A stretch of DNA of 64,000 bases from an uncultured Verrucomicrobiae bacterium (GCA_963837955.1 CAWIPH010000002.1:256001-320000); one strand, 5' to 3'. Shown: positions 51,741 to 62,621, counted from the stretch's first letter. The notes: generated by a model not told the origin, from the sequence alone. Translations and numbers: made by a program.

Positions 51741-53474
51741 TTAACGGTAAGTCTTCTTTTTAGCAACTGCCGGCGCTGGGGTTGGCTTGGTTAGAGGAGC
51801 ATCGAACTGGTTGCGAGTCAGGTAGGTCTGAATAATTAAGAACAGATTTTGGACCGTATAATAAAGCGAAAGAGCCGATGCAAAATTGTAGCAAATAGCC
51901 AGGAAAACGACCGGCATAATCATGAGAATCCTTTGTTGCGAAGGATCGCCAGTCTTTGGAGTAATTCGTAGCTGCCAAAGCTGGGTTGCCGCCATGATTA
52001 GCGGAAGGATGTTAATCGGAAATCCAAACACGTGAGCAATCGTGTCCGGTTGGGAAAGATCCTGGACCCACAAAAATGAGCTGTTCCGCAGTTCGACCGC
52101 AGAGCCGAGCATCGTGTAAAATCCGAAAAAGATCGGGATCTGAATGAGCATCGGCAGGCAGCCGGTGAACGGATTGATCTTGTACTCTTTGTACAATTTC
52201 ATCATCTCCTGATTCATCCGCTGCGGGTCATCCTTGTACTTGGCCTTTAGCTCGTTCATCACCGGCGAGAGCTTGGCCATGCGGCGCATGCTCTTCGTCG
52301 TGTAGTTCTGGAGAGGCCAGAGCATAAGCCGGATGATGAGGGTCATCACGATGATCGCCAACGCATAGCTCCCCACGAAAGAGTGAAGAGTATCCATGCC
52401 GATCAGCAGAATCTGACTGATCGGAGCGAACAGTCCGAAATCCATCACCGCCGCAAGATCTCCCGGTAGTTTGGACAGGCGACTGTACTCCTTGGGTCCC
52501 GTGTAGAGCGTGAAATCAATTTTCTTGGTCTCACCGGGCTCAAGCGTAAAGCCGGGTATACCCAGCGCACCTCGGATCGTTTGCGTCGCTGGTTGGCCAC
52601 TCGCTCCAATGATCTGGTCCGGCTTGGCCCAAACTTGTGATCCAATCTTATCTGGGGACTGAAGGATGGTTACAAAATATTGATCTGCAACCCCTGCCCA
52701 CATGATGTGGTCCGCCGCTTCGGTGTAGATCTCTTTCGACCCCGACGTCTGAATAAAGAAAAGAATACTCGACGGCTTAAACCAGTTTACATCGATCTGC
52801 CGAAATTTACCGTCTGTGTACCAATCAAACTTGGTATATGTAGACCGGTCCGAAAGATGAATGGGCTGCGCGCTCCCTGTGCTGACAAAGAAACCCGGTG
52901 TCTTAAATTCGCCCGATCCGGTATTTTCCAGAGAAACGGTTAGTTTGGCCTCGTACTCGTCCGGAAGCCCGGCGGCTTTTCCTACAGTATAGACCTTGGT
53001 AATCTTTATTTCGTTGGTGAGCTGGCGGGTAAGCGTCGCCGTGCCCGCGGATTCGTCGACAGACAACTCGTATCCGTTATCGGACCAATCGTTTGGGTTC
53101 TGAGTCAGCGCACCAATCGCCGGTGCATCATCAGTATTCAGACGGACGGGAGTATCTTTCTCAGCTTTGTGGCCGAGAAGGATCACGTTATCCAAGCCTC
53201 CCCGCAGATTCGAAAATTGAAACTCCGCCACCGGGCTCTTCAAGCTGCCCTTCTTTTCAGGTACGGAGGGGGCGGGCGGGCTTATTTCCGCGGCGTTCGG
53301 AGTTGGCGAAGCGGTCGCTGTCGGCAAGGCCGACGGTTGTGTCCTCGCCAGGGCTTGCTGAGCCTCTGCTTGCGCTCGCACCCTCGCCGCATCTTGCTGG
53401 CCCCAGTAAATTGATAAAAGGAGACCGACTGTTGCCAGTGAAACTGCTATCCAAGTGGTGCGATCGCGACTCAT
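51741..53474 (-). CDS. yidC: Membrane protein insertase YidC
   Basis: YTGPKEY, LYKEYKINPFTGCLPMLIQIPIF, FLWVQDLSQPD. Confidence 0.97.
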   Translation of the reverse strand: MSRDRTTWIAVSLATVGLLLSIYWGQQDAARVRAQAEAQQALARTQPSALPTATASPTPNAAEISPPAPSVPEKKGSLKSPVAEFQFSNLRGGLDNVILLGHKAEKDTPVRLNTDDAPAIGALTQNPNDWSDNGYELSVDESAGTATLTRQLTNEIKITKVYTVGKAAGLPDEYEAKLTVSLENTGSGEFKTPGFFVSTGSAQPIHLSDRSTYTKFDWYTDGKFRQIDVNWFKPSSILFFIQTSGSKEIYTEAADHIMWAGVADQYFVTILQSPDKIGSQVWAKPDQIIGASGQPATQTIRGALGIPGFTLEPGETKKIDFTLYTGPKEYSRLSKLPGDLAAVMDFGLFAPISQILLIGMDTLHSFVGSYALAIIVMTLIIRLMLWPLQNYTTKSMRRMAKLSPVMNELKAKYKDDPQRMNQEMMKLYKEYKINPFTGCLPMLIQIPIFFGFYTMLGSAVELRNSSFLWVQDLSQPDTIAHVFGFPINILPLIMAATQLWQLRITPKTGDPSQQRILMIMPVVFLAICYNFASALSLYYTVQNLFLIIQTYLTRNQFDAPLTKPTPAPAVAKKKTYR

Positions 53475-53476
53475 GC

Positions 53477-53740
53477 CTAATTCTTTATCTGGTGATTCTT
53501 CTGTAGACGCTCAGGAACCGGATCGTAACCCGACCCTCCCCAGGGATGACAGCGGGCCAACCGTTTCAGCCCAAGCCATCCTCCCAAAATTATCCCGTGC
53601 GCTTCGACCGCCTGCACGAAGTACTCTGAGCAGGTCGGAGCAAATCGGCAGCCGGTTCCCGGCCCACCAGTGAGCGCCGCCAAAAAAGGCGAGAGCGTCA
53701 GTTTATAAATTTTCAAGAGCAGTTTAAGGATCGATACCAT
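53477..53740 (-). CDS. yidD: Membrane protein insertion efficiency factor YidD
   Basis: [10 protein letters not shown]...[14 protein letters not shown]. Confidence 0.96.
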   Translation of the reverse strand: MVSILKLLLKIYKLTLSPFLAALTGGPGTGCRFAPTCSEYFVQAVEAHGIILGGWLGLKRLARCHPWGGSGYDPVPERLQKNHQIKN

Positions 53741-53752
53741 GGCATTCCGCCT

Positions 53753-54154
53753 TCAGATTTGGTTGTCTGCCCGGTCGAGCGGATTCGGCGCTAAAATAGA
53801 AGCTCGATCGGCTAGTCGCAACCAGTCTCGCTCAAGTTGGTGAAAAGTGGCCTCCGCCGCGGAAACTCGAGCTACGGTCACGATCCAAATTCCGGAAATT
53901 AGCCGATGTTGGTTTAACCGAAAAATTTCCCGGAGCCGGCGCCGCACGCGATTGCGAATTACTGCGTCACCTAGTCGGCGGGTTGTGATAATTCCAAGTC
54001 GAGCCGCACCCGCACCTGCCCGATGCAATGTCCCCAAAGTTACGTGTCGTCCGATCCAGGATTTACCGTCTTTCTTGACCAGCGCGAATTCGACAGTTCG
54101 AGTTAATCGAGAAGCTTTGGGAAACTTAAAACGATCCCGCGCCCCGGGCGCCAT
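53753..54154 (-). CDS. rnpA: Ribonuclease P protein component
   Basis: RLGIITTRRLGDAVIRNRVRRRLRE (RNR motif). Confidence 0.95.
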   Translation of the reverse strand: MAPGARDRFKFPKASRLTRTVEFALVKKDGKSWIGRHVTLGTLHRAGAGAARLGIITTRRLGDAVIRNRVRRRLREIFRLNQHRLISGIWIVTVARVSAAEATFHQLERDWLRLADRASILAPNPLDRADNQI

Positions 54155-54158
54155 AGAG

Positions 54159-54332
54159 CTAGGCCTGAGTATGTCGCGCGTAGTGGTTTTCTGCTCCGAC
54201 TGGCAGCAGGCGCTTCCGACCGCGCTGGCGACGTCGAGCGAGAGTCGCTCTCCCGCCTTTACTTTTCATCCGGGCACGAAAACCGTGCTGACGCTTTCTA
54301 GTGCGCTTGGAAGGTTGATAAGTTCGTTTCAT
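54159..54332 (-). CDS. rpmH: 50S ribosomal protein L34 (not in ORF track)
   Basis: Hand translation [57 protein letters not shown], 57 aa. Confidence 0.97.
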   Translation of the reverse strand: MKRTYQPSKRTRKRQHGFRARMKSKGGRATLARRRQRGRKRLLPVGAENHYARHTQA

Positions 54333-54454
54333 GGCAACATCTCCTGGATCCTAGGAGTCGGGAAGGATAGTCGGAGTGCCTCGGATGTCAAATCACTGAA
54401 ATGAACGGAAAAATTGATCGATTGACTGTTTTGGGACAGCATCTCGGATTCCCT

Positions 54455-55630
54455 ATGGAACCGGTGACAGATACGATTCGACAGCTTGAGCAAGGCGGCG
54501 CTAGGCTGATCAGCGCGCAGGAGCTGGCGAGCAAGCTCGAAGAAAACCGACCGCTCCGAGTTAAACTCGGCGTTGATCCCACAGCTCCAGATCTCCATCT
54601 TGGCCATTCGGTGGGGTTGTCAAAGTTGCGCCAGTTCCAGGAACTGGGTCATCGCGCGATTCTGGTGATTGGGGATTTTACCACGATGGTAGGTGATCCG
54701 ACGGGGCGGTCTTCGACTCGGCCGATGCTCAGCCACGACGAGGTAATGGCAAATGCGGAGACATACAAAACGCAAGCTTTCAAGATTCTTGATCCCGATC
54801 AAACGGAGATAGTCTTTAATGGGGCCTGGTTCGCCAAAATGACCTTCATGGAAATCATTCGCCTCAATAGCCTGGTGACTCTCCAGCAAATGTTGCAACG
54901 CGAGGATTTCAAAAGTCGGATCGATCAAGCTGTCCCGGTGTTCCTGCACGAATTGCAGTATCCAATCATGCAGGGATGGGACTCGGTCATGATTGCCGCG
55001 GATGTCGAGTTGGGCGGCACCGATCAGCTTTTTAATATCCTGGTTGGCCGGGACCTTCAAAAGGCGCATCAGCAATCGCAGCAAGTTGCTTGCCTCTTGC
55101 CGATTTTAGAAGGTCTCGATGGTGTCCAAAAGATGAGTAAAAGCCTCGGGAATTACATCGGTCTCACTGAGCCGGCCCCTTCGATGTTTGGCAAGGTCAT
55201 GAGCATTTCTGATGAATTGATGGCTCGTTATTATCAGGTTCTGTTTGGCGAGGTGGTGCCGCCAGGTCATCCGATGGAAGCCAAAAAAATGCTCGCTTCC
55301 AAAATCGTTGCTCGCTTTCACGACCAGACCTCTGCCCGGGCTGCGCTCCAAGAGTTTAATCTGAGATTTGCGAAAAAAGATTTGGCCGCGGTCGACCTCC
55401 CAGAGGTGTCACTTCAGCTTCTTGGTGAAGACTTGCTTTCGGCAGTCGTTGTCGCATATGACCGGGGGTTTCAAGTTGCTAGGTCGCGGGCCGAAGCCCG
55501 CCGGTTGATTGAGCAGGGAAGCGTGCAATGGCTCGGCGACAAGATCACCGATCCCAAAGCAAAGCCTGCCTTTCAGGCGGGCGGCGTCTTGAAACTGGAT
55601 AAGACGCGCGCGGTCCGCCTCAAAGAATAG
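54455..55630 (+). CDS. tyrS: Tyrosine--tRNA ligase
   Basis: KLGVDPTAPDLHLGH, GGTDQLFN, KMSKS, C-terminal S4-like domain; alternative start 54401. Confidence 0.97.
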   Translation: MEPVTDTIRQLEQGGARLISAQELASKLEENRPLRVKLGVDPTAPDLHLGHSVGLSKLRQFQELGHRAILVIGDFTTMVGDPTGRSSTRPMLSHDEVMANAETYKTQAFKILDPDQTEIVFNGAWFAKMTFMEIIRLNSLVTLQQMLQREDFKSRIDQAVPVFLHELQYPIMQGWDSVMIAADVELGGTDQLFNILVGRDLQKAHQQSQQVACLLPILEGLDGVQKMSKSLGNYIGLTEPAPSMFGKVMSISDELMARYYQVLFGEVVPPGHPMEAKKMLASKIVARFHDQTSARAALQEFNLRFAKKDLAAVDLPEVSLQLLGEDLLSAVVVAYDRGFQVARSRAEARRLIEQGSVQWLGDKITDPKAKPAFQAGGVLKLDKTRAVRLKE

Positions 55631-55637
55631 CCAATTT

Positions 55638-55665
55638 GCTATCGGCTATTGGCTATTTGCTATTT
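55638..55665. repeat. Heptamer tandem repeat GCTATNN x4
   Basis: GCTATCG GCTATTG GCTATTT GCTATTT between convergent stops; reverse-complement units at 15681-15701 and 58877-58890. Confidence 0.7.
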
Positions 55666-55667
55666 CT

Positions 55668-56393
55668 TCAGGCCTCTCCGCCTTTTCCCTTGCCGAGCAG
55701 CTCTTCGACCGACTTTCGTTTGCGAAGACGCAGGAGATTGTTCCAGGTTTTTCGGATGGTTCCGCCTACCGAGAGATATTGTTCGCTGAGTCGGTTCTCT
55801 TTCACGATCTGCTCCACAACTCCTGCCACCGAAAAATTGGTCGTTTCCAGGACGGTATAGGCAGTTCCGATTGCGGCGTAGTGGTGCGCGTCGCTGGCGG
55901 CGGTCATCGCCAGTCCCTGGTCCAGAGCGTAGTCGAAGGCCATGCGGTTATAGCGTTTGAATGTAGTGGCGGCGTTGAAGACTTCGATAGCATCAATTTT
56001 TAGTGTCTTCAGAGCGTTTTCTCGGATTCCGGCCCTAAAAATGTCATAAGGATGAGGAGGGATGGCCACCCCGCCGGCCTCGTGGATAAGATGACACACT
56101 TCAACCGCGGGCCGGCCTTTGAGGTTTGGCAGTTCCGCGCCGATACAAAGAAGATGGCCTTCCGCGGTCGTGACCTCCACCCCGGGTACGATCAAGAAAT
56201 TATCGACCGGTAAGCCGTCGGGTCGCATGAACCCCTTGTCGATCAGATACTTGACGGCATCGCAAGTGTTATGGTCAGTAATCGCGAAACCATCGAGACC
56301 TTTGGCCCGCGCGGCTTCAATCAATTGCTCCGGGCTGCTAACTCCGTCGCCAGAAAAAAAGGAGTGACAGTGGAGGTCGATCTTGATGGCCAT
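55668..56393 (-). CDS. PHP domain metal-dependent phosphoesterase
   Basis: DLHCHS, AITDHNT, GVEVTT..GH, PHPY, SDAH. Confidence 0.92.
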   Translation of the reverse strand: MAIKIDLHCHSFFSGDGVSSPEQLIEAARAKGLDGFAITDHNTCDAVKYLIDKGFMRPDGLPVDNFLIVPGVEVTTAEGHLLCIGAELPNLKGRPAVEVCHLIHEAGGVAIPPHPYDIFRAGIRENALKTLKIDAIEVFNAATTFKRYNRMAFDYALDQGLAMTAASDAHHYAAIGTAYTVLETTNFSVAGVVEQIVKENRLSEQYLSVGGTIRKTWNNLLRLRKRKSVEELLGKGKGGEA

Positions 56394-56463
56394 GAGGCGA
56401 GCTTAAGTAAGCCGGAAAGCGCAGAGTGTAAACGGCAAAGCAGGCCCCCACACCCTGCCGGTG

Positions 56464-56760
56464 TTAAGGGGAAGATAGGAAAAAAGCAACCGCCATCACA
56501 ATGGGCGAGAGCGGTAAAATCAGTGGGAACGGGGGAAGCCAAAAGCAGCGTTTCAGCTTCCTAAGTAGGTAGCTTAGCGCCAAACCGCAGCCCAAAAGAA
56601 TCGGATAAGCCAAGACCAAAAGGAGCTGCCAACTTTCTCTGATCGTCCTCAATGTCCATTGAGTCGGCTGGTCCTGAAACGCAAGCCAAAACAAAAAGAT
56701 CAGCCCCCACGGAACGAGGCAAATACAGAAAAGAGCGTACTTGGGTCTCTCGGCCGACAA
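56464..56760 (-). CDS. Hypothetical small membrane protein
   Basis: 98 aa with three hydrophobic segments; TTG start, uncertain. Confidence 0.4.
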   Translation of the reverse strand: MSAERPKYALFCICLVPWGLIFLFWLAFQDQPTQWTLRTIRESWQLLLVLAYPILLGCGLALSYLLRKLKRCFWLPPFPLILPLSPIVMAVAFFLSSP

Positions 56761-56865
56761 TAACCGCTACTTTGGATGACATTTCTCAGGGGGCGGCAAA
56801 CCGATATCGCCAAATTTAGTCAGCTTAAGGCTGCTTGCGAGGCAGAAATATGTTATGGATAGGGC

Positions 56866-57459
56866 ATGCCGGAGTCACCCGTCATATCACATTACGTGCG
56901 TCCAATTCCGGGATTGCTTCCCGCGGTTGGGTTCAAAGAATGGGCGTTGGTGTGTGATTCGATGCTACGCGGAGAGACCAGCCTGATTTTCCGTAAGGGC
57001 GGGATCGCCGAAGGAAGAGAAGGCTTTCGGTTCAAACATTCTCAATTCTTTCTGTTTCCGACATATTTCCATGAGCAAATCGCTCGGACTCGGCTGGATC
57101 CGGTGAGAAATTTGGAGCCCCAGTCGGATACAATCGTCATCGAAGTATTCGCTTATCTGGAATTCACACTTTGGATTTCAGATCTTCAAGCCATCGAGCC
57201 GCTTTCCGAGTTTCACATCCTTCGCCCCGAGCTACTCGAGCAGCGGTTTAATCAAGACGATGAGAAGGGCCTTCACCTGGGTTTCGTTCGAATTTTTCGA
57301 GTAATTCCAAGTTGGCCCCTGGCGCTACAGCGCTCCTATGCAGGCTGTCGATCTTGGGTCGATCTACCGGCTCCTTCACCTGATCTGGTCTGTCGCCCCG
57401 TTCTCACCGATGAGGAGCATGAGCGACGCCGTGAATGTGTGGAATCACTCCAGCGATAG
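56866..57459 (+). CDS. DUF1802 family protein
   Basis: FKEWALVC...LIFRKGGIAE...FFLFPTYFHE...YAGCRSWV. Confidence 0.85.
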   Translation: MPESPVISHYVRPIPGLLPAVGFKEWALVCDSMLRGETSLIFRKGGIAEGREGFRFKHSQFFLFPTYFHEQIARTRLDPVRNLEPQSDTIVIEVFAYLEFTLWISDLQAIEPLSEFHILRPELLEQRFNQDDEKGLHLGFVRIFRVIPSWPLALQRSYAGCRSWVDLPAPSPDLVCRPVLTDEEHERRRECVESLQR

Positions 57460-57509
57460 CCGGCGCCTGGCTGAACAATCAAAGTCACGCAAGTGATGCG
57501 CTTGATCGA

Positions 57510-58001
57510 TTACATAGTCAGCAGTTGAAGTCGGTTCGAAATCGCAGCCAGCCGGTCCCGAACTCTTTTGATATTCGCCGAGCTGCTATATACCGTTAGT
57601 TGCCGATTCAATTTGTCGAAGATCGGCTTGTCGTCGTCCAACTTCTTTTTAACGCCGGTGACGAATTCCTGGAATGCTTTCTTCGCCTCCTCATCGTTGT
57701 CCATCGCTTTCAGAATGTCGGATCCAACGTAACGGCTGCGAACGTCGTTAAACTCTTCGACAAAACTGGTTGCATCATCGCAGAACTTATCCGCCGCTTT
57801 TACTATATCCTGATCTCCTTTGGCGGAATCGATTGTTGTACCCAATGTTTGAATCGCCGTGAAATACGCATTCCAAGGCTTTTGATATGCCTCCAGTACG
57901 GCTTTCTGGTCCGCGTCGAAAGCGCTAGCGGTCCAAGGACAAAGGACCAGCAGCAACGCAAAGGTATGTCTGGGAAGTTTTCGTAGAAAGTAACGGCTCA
58001 T
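57510..58001 (-). CDS. Hypothetical secreted helical protein
   Basis: Signal peptide ...LLLVLCPWTASA-FD from ATG 58001. Confidence 0.65.
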   Translation of the reverse strand: MSRYFLRKLPRHTFALLLVLCPWTASAFDADQKAVLEAYQKPWNAYFTAIQTLGTTIDSAKGDQDIVKAADKFCDDATSFVEEFNDVRSRYVGSDILKAMDNDEEAKKAFQEFVTGVKKKLDDDKPIFDKLNRQLTVYSSSANIKRVRDRLAAISNRLQLLTM

Positions 58002-58112
58002 AGAATTGCACGAAATTCGAAGCGCAACGTTGGGTGAGAGGGCCATCGAGATCAACGAAATTTTCAGAATTACATATCTGCCATTTTTCCGGTTTGGAAA
58101 ATGGATGGTTCC

Positions 58113-58871
58113 CTATTTGCGCAGCGCAGAGCTTAGAAGCAAATAATTTCCGACGGTCGTCCATTCGGGTGAGGAGATCGATTGTTCTCCTCGCGCCAGG
58201 TAAAAACCGGTGGAAGATCCACCATCCAGATTGAGCGCGGTGACGATCGGCCCATTTTGTAGTAGTTCGGGCAAGGTCAGTATTTCTGCTAGTTCCGCCA
58301 GAGTGACCGACCGGCAGATCCCGACTCCCCAATTGCCGCCGCGGGTTACAAAAACGAATGTCCGAGGCGCATTACGCCCGTTGTTCAGGCCAGAAACGAT
58401 ACTGCCGCTCTCCACCAAAAAAGGTCCGCATTGGATCGCGTCGGAAACGCCTGCAGTATCAGAAAAGTGCTGTACTCGCACTAGGCTCGGCTTTTGCTTT
58501 CGTACGAAGAAAACACCTGACAGGAGTTTCGCTCTTTCCTGACGATGCACTAGTTTTCCTTCACTAATGAGCAGTCCGACTGGTGTCAGATCCGGTTGGA
58601 AATAGCCGCCGTTCACTCCAGCGAGCGCTTCAGATTTCGAGACCGCCTCTTGCACGCTGGAAAACCGCCGATCGGTGTTGTTGAGTACTTTGAACTGAAG
58701 TTCAGGTGACCGACCGGTCACGACCTGAATCTTGGCGTCCGTCGACCCGTTGCTCACTGTGACAACGAACACCCGGGACGATCCGGCATTCGATTCTTCC
58801 CGATTGGTCACTTTCCATCCAGCTAATGTAACGGTGGGAATGAGGAAAGCGACGAGCAAGCAGATGCGCAT
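58113..58871 (-). CDS. Phosphodiester glycosidase (NAGPA-like) family protein
   Basis: Signal peptide; VNGGYF, PVGLLISEG, QCGPFLV, ALNLDGGSST. Confidence 0.88.
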   Translation of the reverse strand: MRICLLVAFLIPTVTLAGWKVTNREESNAGSSRVFVVTVSNGSTDAKIQVVTGRSPELQFKVLNNTDRRFSSVQEAVSKSEALAGVNGGYFQPDLTPVGLLISEGKLVHRQERAKLLSGVFFVRKQKPSLVRVQHFSDTAGVSDAIQCGPFLVESGSIVSGLNNGRNAPRTFVFVTRGGNWGVGICRSVTLAELAEILTLPELLQNGPIVTALNLDGGSSTGFYLARGEQSISSPEWTTVGNYLLLSSALRK

Positions 58872-58934
58872 AGGAAGAATAGCAAATAGCAGAGAGTAAA
58901 GAAAACAGCGAACCGAACTAATGGTGCCACTCCA

Positions 58935-59879
58935 TCACTTGCTGCTCAGCTGCTTCCGCCCGGTGGCTAGAAGCGTCTGGAAAAATGGGCTTTCTGTTTC
59001 GCGCGAAACCACTCGAACTTCGGTGTCGAGAAATCCGGCCTTCTGCAAGGCATAAGAAAGCTCTACCTCGCTAAAGCCGAGCCACACGTCGGCATATAGC
59101 TCTCGCGCTTGTTCGAAGGTATGCGCCAAAAGGTCCAGAATAAGAATACGTCCGCCCGGTCGCAAAAGACGGTATGCGGCTTCAATGGCGTGTGCAGGGT
59201 TAATCGCGTGGTGCAGCGCTTGACTCAGAATAGCAAGGTCGATCGTTCCGGCAGCAATCGGCGGGTTTTCAATGTCGCCCAACCGGTATTCAAGATTTGA
59301 AAAGCCGTGGTCGCGCGCTAGTTGAGAGCCGAATTCAACCATCTTTTCCGATAGGTCTACGGCTATCACGCTTTTCGCTCGGCGAGCGAGCAGTTGGGCC
59401 AAAGTGCCTTCGCCTGCCCCCAGATCAGCGATATCTACTTCAGGCAACAGGGTCAGGAGCAGATGAGACAATGCTTGCCAGGATCGGCCAGGGCAGTGAC
59501 TGCGCCCAAACTTACCGGCCAGATGATTAAAATATTCCCTCGCTCGGTCGCTTCGCTTGGTTAATACATGTTCGCGCCCGGAGCGATCTGTCTTCGCTTC
59601 CGGCATTTCCCGGGCCGCAAGTGCCACGAGCTGTTTTAGTTCTGGCTGCGGTATGGGCGTCTGCTCATTCCAGCTGTAAAAGATATTTTTACCAACCCGC
59701 CGGTTGTGAACTAAGCCAGCTCTCTTCAGCTGGGCCAAATGCGTTGAGATTCGCGACTGTCCCATTCCTAAAATCTCTTGGATCTCTGCTACAGAGAGTT
59801 CGCCGGGCTCGAGAAGGTATAGGAGACGGGTTCGAGTGGGGTCTGCTAAAAGGCGCAATAAATTCAGCGTTGACGACAT
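58935..59879 (-). CDS. sahR: ArsR HTH + SAM-methyltransferase-fold regulator (SahR type)
   Basis: LADPTRTRLL...QSRISTHLAQL; ADLGAGEG; SQALHHA; divergent from metK-ahcY. Confidence 0.85.
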   Translation of the reverse strand: MSSTLNLLRLLADPTRTRLLYLLEPGELSVAEIQEILGMGQSRISTHLAQLKRAGLVHNRRVGKNIFYSWNEQTPIPQPELKQLVALAAREMPEAKTDRSGREHVLTKRSDRAREYFNHLAGKFGRSHCPGRSWQALSHLLLTLLPEVDIADLGAGEGTLAQLLARRAKSVIAVDLSEKMVEFGSQLARDHGFSNLEYRLGDIENPPIAAGTIDLAILSQALHHAINPAHAIEAAYRLLRPGGRILILDLLAHTFEQARELYADVWLGFSEVELSYALQKAGFLDTEVRVVSRETESPFFQTLLATGRKQLSSK

Positions 59880-59896
59880 CGAAAAGCGCGAGATAT

Positions 59897-59912
59897 ATCA
59901 GGATATCATGAT
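59897..59912. promoter_or_regulatory. Candidate SahR operator
   Basis: ATCAGGATATCATGAT, 14/16 palindrome in the 101-bp sahR/metK divergent spacer. Confidence 0.7.
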
Positions 59913-59980
59913 CGGTCAATATACGCCTCGTTCTCGCCTTGTCATCTCCCTACATCATTGACCATATCCAATCCTATTCT

Positions 59981-61159
59981 ATGTCGCGTCGTTATATATT
60001 CTCTTCTGAATCGGTGACTGAAGGTCACCCAGACAAAGTCTGTGATACCATCTCGGACACTATTTTGGATGCCTGTCTGGCGCAGGACCCAAATAGCCGA
60101 GTGGCATGCGAAACGCTCGCAAAGGGAAATCTAGTAGTTGTTGCAGGCGAAATCACGACGAACGCTAGATTCGATTACATCGAGGAGATTCGATCCGCGA
60201 TTCGCGAAATCGGGTATGTCCACGATGAATCGCTTTTCCATGCTGATACCTGCCTGGTCGTTCAAGCTTTGAGCCGTCAGTCCCGCGATATCGCTCAAGG
60301 TGTGGACGCAAAACCGGCTGACGGCAAAGAGACCGACGAACAAGGAGCAGGCGACCAGGGACTGATGTTCGGCTTCGCGGTGAAGGAGACTCCTGAGCTA
60401 ATGCCGGCACCAATTCAACTGAGTCATAAATTGGGGAGAGAATTGACGAGACTGCGCAAGAGTGGCGAGCTGCCTTGGCTCCGACCCGACGCGAAAACGC
60501 AGGTGTCCGTAGAATACGAAGGATTTCGCCCGATTCGCGTCGATGCCGTAGTAATCTCAACTCAGCATGCTCCTGACGTTAAACATAAAGAGATTCGGGA
60601 AACCATCATTGAGCGAGTGATTCGACAGGTGGTACCGGCGGAGTTGATCGATTCGCAAACGCGTTATCTCATCAATCCTACCGGCCGATTCGTGATTGGT
60701 GGCCCGGAAGGGGACTCTGGTCTGACCGGAAGAAAAATTATAGTCGATACCTACGGTGGAATGGGTCGCCACGGTGGCGGCGCGTTTTCCGGCAAAGATC
60801 CCTCGAAAGTAGACCGATCCGCAGCGTACATGGGGCGATACGTAGCTAAGAACGTCGTTGCGGCCGGTTTGGCGGATCGATGTGAAGTCCAGTTCGCTTA
60901 CGCCATAGGTTACCCCGATCCGGTCAGCCTATGCGTTAACACGTTTGGGACCTCCCAAGTAGAAGAATCAAAAATCGAGGATGCCGTGCGAGAGGTGTTC
61001 AACTTTAAGCCGGCAGCCATCATCAACCAACTCAAGCTCTTACGCCCCATCTACCGGAAGACTACCAACTACGGTCATTTCGGACGTGAAGATGACTTGG
61101 AATCACTGACCTGGGAGCGCACGGATCGGGCCGAAGCTCTCAAACAACATCTGATCTAA
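59981..61159 (+). CDS. metK: S-adenosylmethionine synthetase
   Basis: [33 protein letters not shown]; start placed at ATG 59981. Confidence 0.98.
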   Translation: MSRRYIFSSESVTEGHPDKVCDTISDTILDACLAQDPNSRVACETLAKGNLVVVAGEITTNARFDYIEEIRSAIREIGYVHDESLFHADTCLVVQALSRQSRDIAQGVDAKPADGKETDEQGAGDQGLMFGFAVKETPELMPAPIQLSHKLGRELTRLRKSGELPWLRPDAKTQVSVEYEGFRPIRVDAVVISTQHAPDVKHKEIRETIIERVIRQVVPAELIDSQTRYLINPTGRFVIGGPEGDSGLTGRKIIVDTYGGMGRHGGGAFSGKDPSKVDRSAAYMGRYVAKNVVAAGLADRCEVQFAYAIGYPDPVSLCVNTFGTSQVEESKIEDAVREVFNFKPAAIINQLKLLRPIYRKTTNYGHFGREDDLESLTWERTDRAEALKQHLI

Positions 61160-61165
61160 TTACTC

Positions 61166-62593
61166 ATGAGTAACGTAATCGCTAAGACTACCACCGACTA
61201 TAAGGTTGCCGACCTCGGCCTAGCCGAGTTTGGCCGAAAAGAGATCGAAATTGCTGAACAGGAAATGCCGGGTTTGATGGCTATCCGCCAGAAATACGCC
61301 AAGGCCAAGCCGTTGGCCGGTGTCCGGATCACAGGCTCGTTGCACATGACGATCCAAACCGCTGTTTTGATCGAGACGCTGGTGGATCTCGGCGCATCCG
61401 TTCGCTGGGCTAGCTGCAACATCTTTTCAACGCAAGATCATGCTGCTGCAGCGATTGCCAAGTCGGGCGTTCCGGTATTTGCGTGGAAAGGTGAGACGCT
61501 GGAAGAGTATTGGTGGTGTACCGACCAGGCGATTTCGCATCCGGACGGTAATGGTCCACAGCTTGTCGTCGATGACGGTGGCGACGTGACGTTACTGATC
61601 CACAAAGGATACGAACTTGAAGAGGGCAGCGACTGGGTCAATGGACCGTCGTCCAGCCACGAAGAAAAGGTCATCAAGAATCTGCTTAAGGAGATTCATG
61701 CCGAGAACCCATATCGTTGGCATGAACTGGTGAAGGAATGGCGCGGCGTCTCCGAAGAAACGACGACGGGAGTACATCGGCTCTACAAGCTACAGGAACT
61801 CGGCAAATTGTTGGTTCCCGCGTTCAACGTAAACGACTCTGTGACCAAGTCCAAATTCGACAATCTGTACGGTTGCCGGCATTCGCTCGTGGATGGAATC
61901 AACCGTGCGCTAGACGTCATGCTCTCGGGGAAAGTAGCGGTAATATGCGGCTATGGGGATGTCGGGAAAGGCTGCGCCCAATCGCTACGGGGCCAAGGCG
62001 CGCGTGTCATTATCACCGAGATCGATCCGATCAACGCACTTCAGGCCGCGATGGAAGGATACGAGGTTACCACGCTCGAAGACACTCTTGGGCGAGGGGA
62101 TGTCTATGTCACCACTACGGGCAACTGCGACGTCATCACCATCGAGCACATGGCAAAGATGAAGAACCAGGCTGCCGTCTGTAATATCGGTCACTTTGAT
62201 AACGAGATTCAGGTCGACAAACTCAACGAATTTCCTGGTATTCAGCGCACCAACATCAAGCCGCAACTTGACAAATATAAGTTTCCGGATGGGCATGAGA
62301 TTTTTCTGTTGGCCGAAGGTCGCCTAGTTAATCTCGGTTGTGCGACCGGGCACCCATCCTTTGTGATGAGCAACTCCTTCTCGAACCAGGTGCTCGCGCA
62401 GATCGATCTTTGGAAGAATAAGGACACGTACAAACCGCAGGTCTATATTTTGCCAAAGGCGCTCGATGAAGAAGTGGCGCGCTTACACCTGCAGAAGATT
62501 GGCGTGAAACTAACGAAGCTAACGCCGAAGCAAGCGGATTATATTGGTGTGTCGCCTGAAGGCCCATACAAGCCCGAACACTACCGCTACTAA
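61166..62593 (+). CDS. ahcY: S-adenosylhomocysteine hydrolase
   Basis: [47 protein letters not shown] end. Confidence 0.99.
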   Translation: MSNVIAKTTTDYKVADLGLAEFGRKEIEIAEQEMPGLMAIRQKYAKAKPLAGVRITGSLHMTIQTAVLIETLVDLGASVRWASCNIFSTQDHAAAAIAKSGVPVFAWKGETLEEYWWCTDQAISHPDGNGPQLVVDDGGDVTLLIHKGYELEEGSDWVNGPSSSHEEKVIKNLLKEIHAENPYRWHELVKEWRGVSEETTTGVHRLYKLQELGKLLVPAFNVNDSVTKSKFDNLYGCRHSLVDGINRALDVMLSGKVAVICGYGDVGKGCAQSLRGQGARVIITEIDPINALQAAMEGYEVTTLEDTLGRGDVYVTTTGNCDVITIEHMAKMKNQAAVCNIGHFDNEIQVDKLNEFPGIQRTNIKPQLDKYKFPDGHEIFLLAEGRLVNLGCATGHPSFVMSNSFSNQVLAQIDLWKNKDTYKPQVYILPKALDEEVARLHLQKIGVKLTKLTPKQADYIGVSPEGPYKPEHYRY

Positions 62594-62621
62594 GACTCGC
62601 CTTAGCACCAAAACTCGGAAA

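Noticed and set aside
54333..54454. Replication origin next to rpmH
   Set aside because: No TTATCCACA-type boxes, no AT-rich unwinding element and no dnaA
56561..56782. Frameshifted gene joining the ATG at 56782 to the membrane ORF 56464-56760
   Set aside because: Frames differ, but there is no slippery site or known homologue to support it
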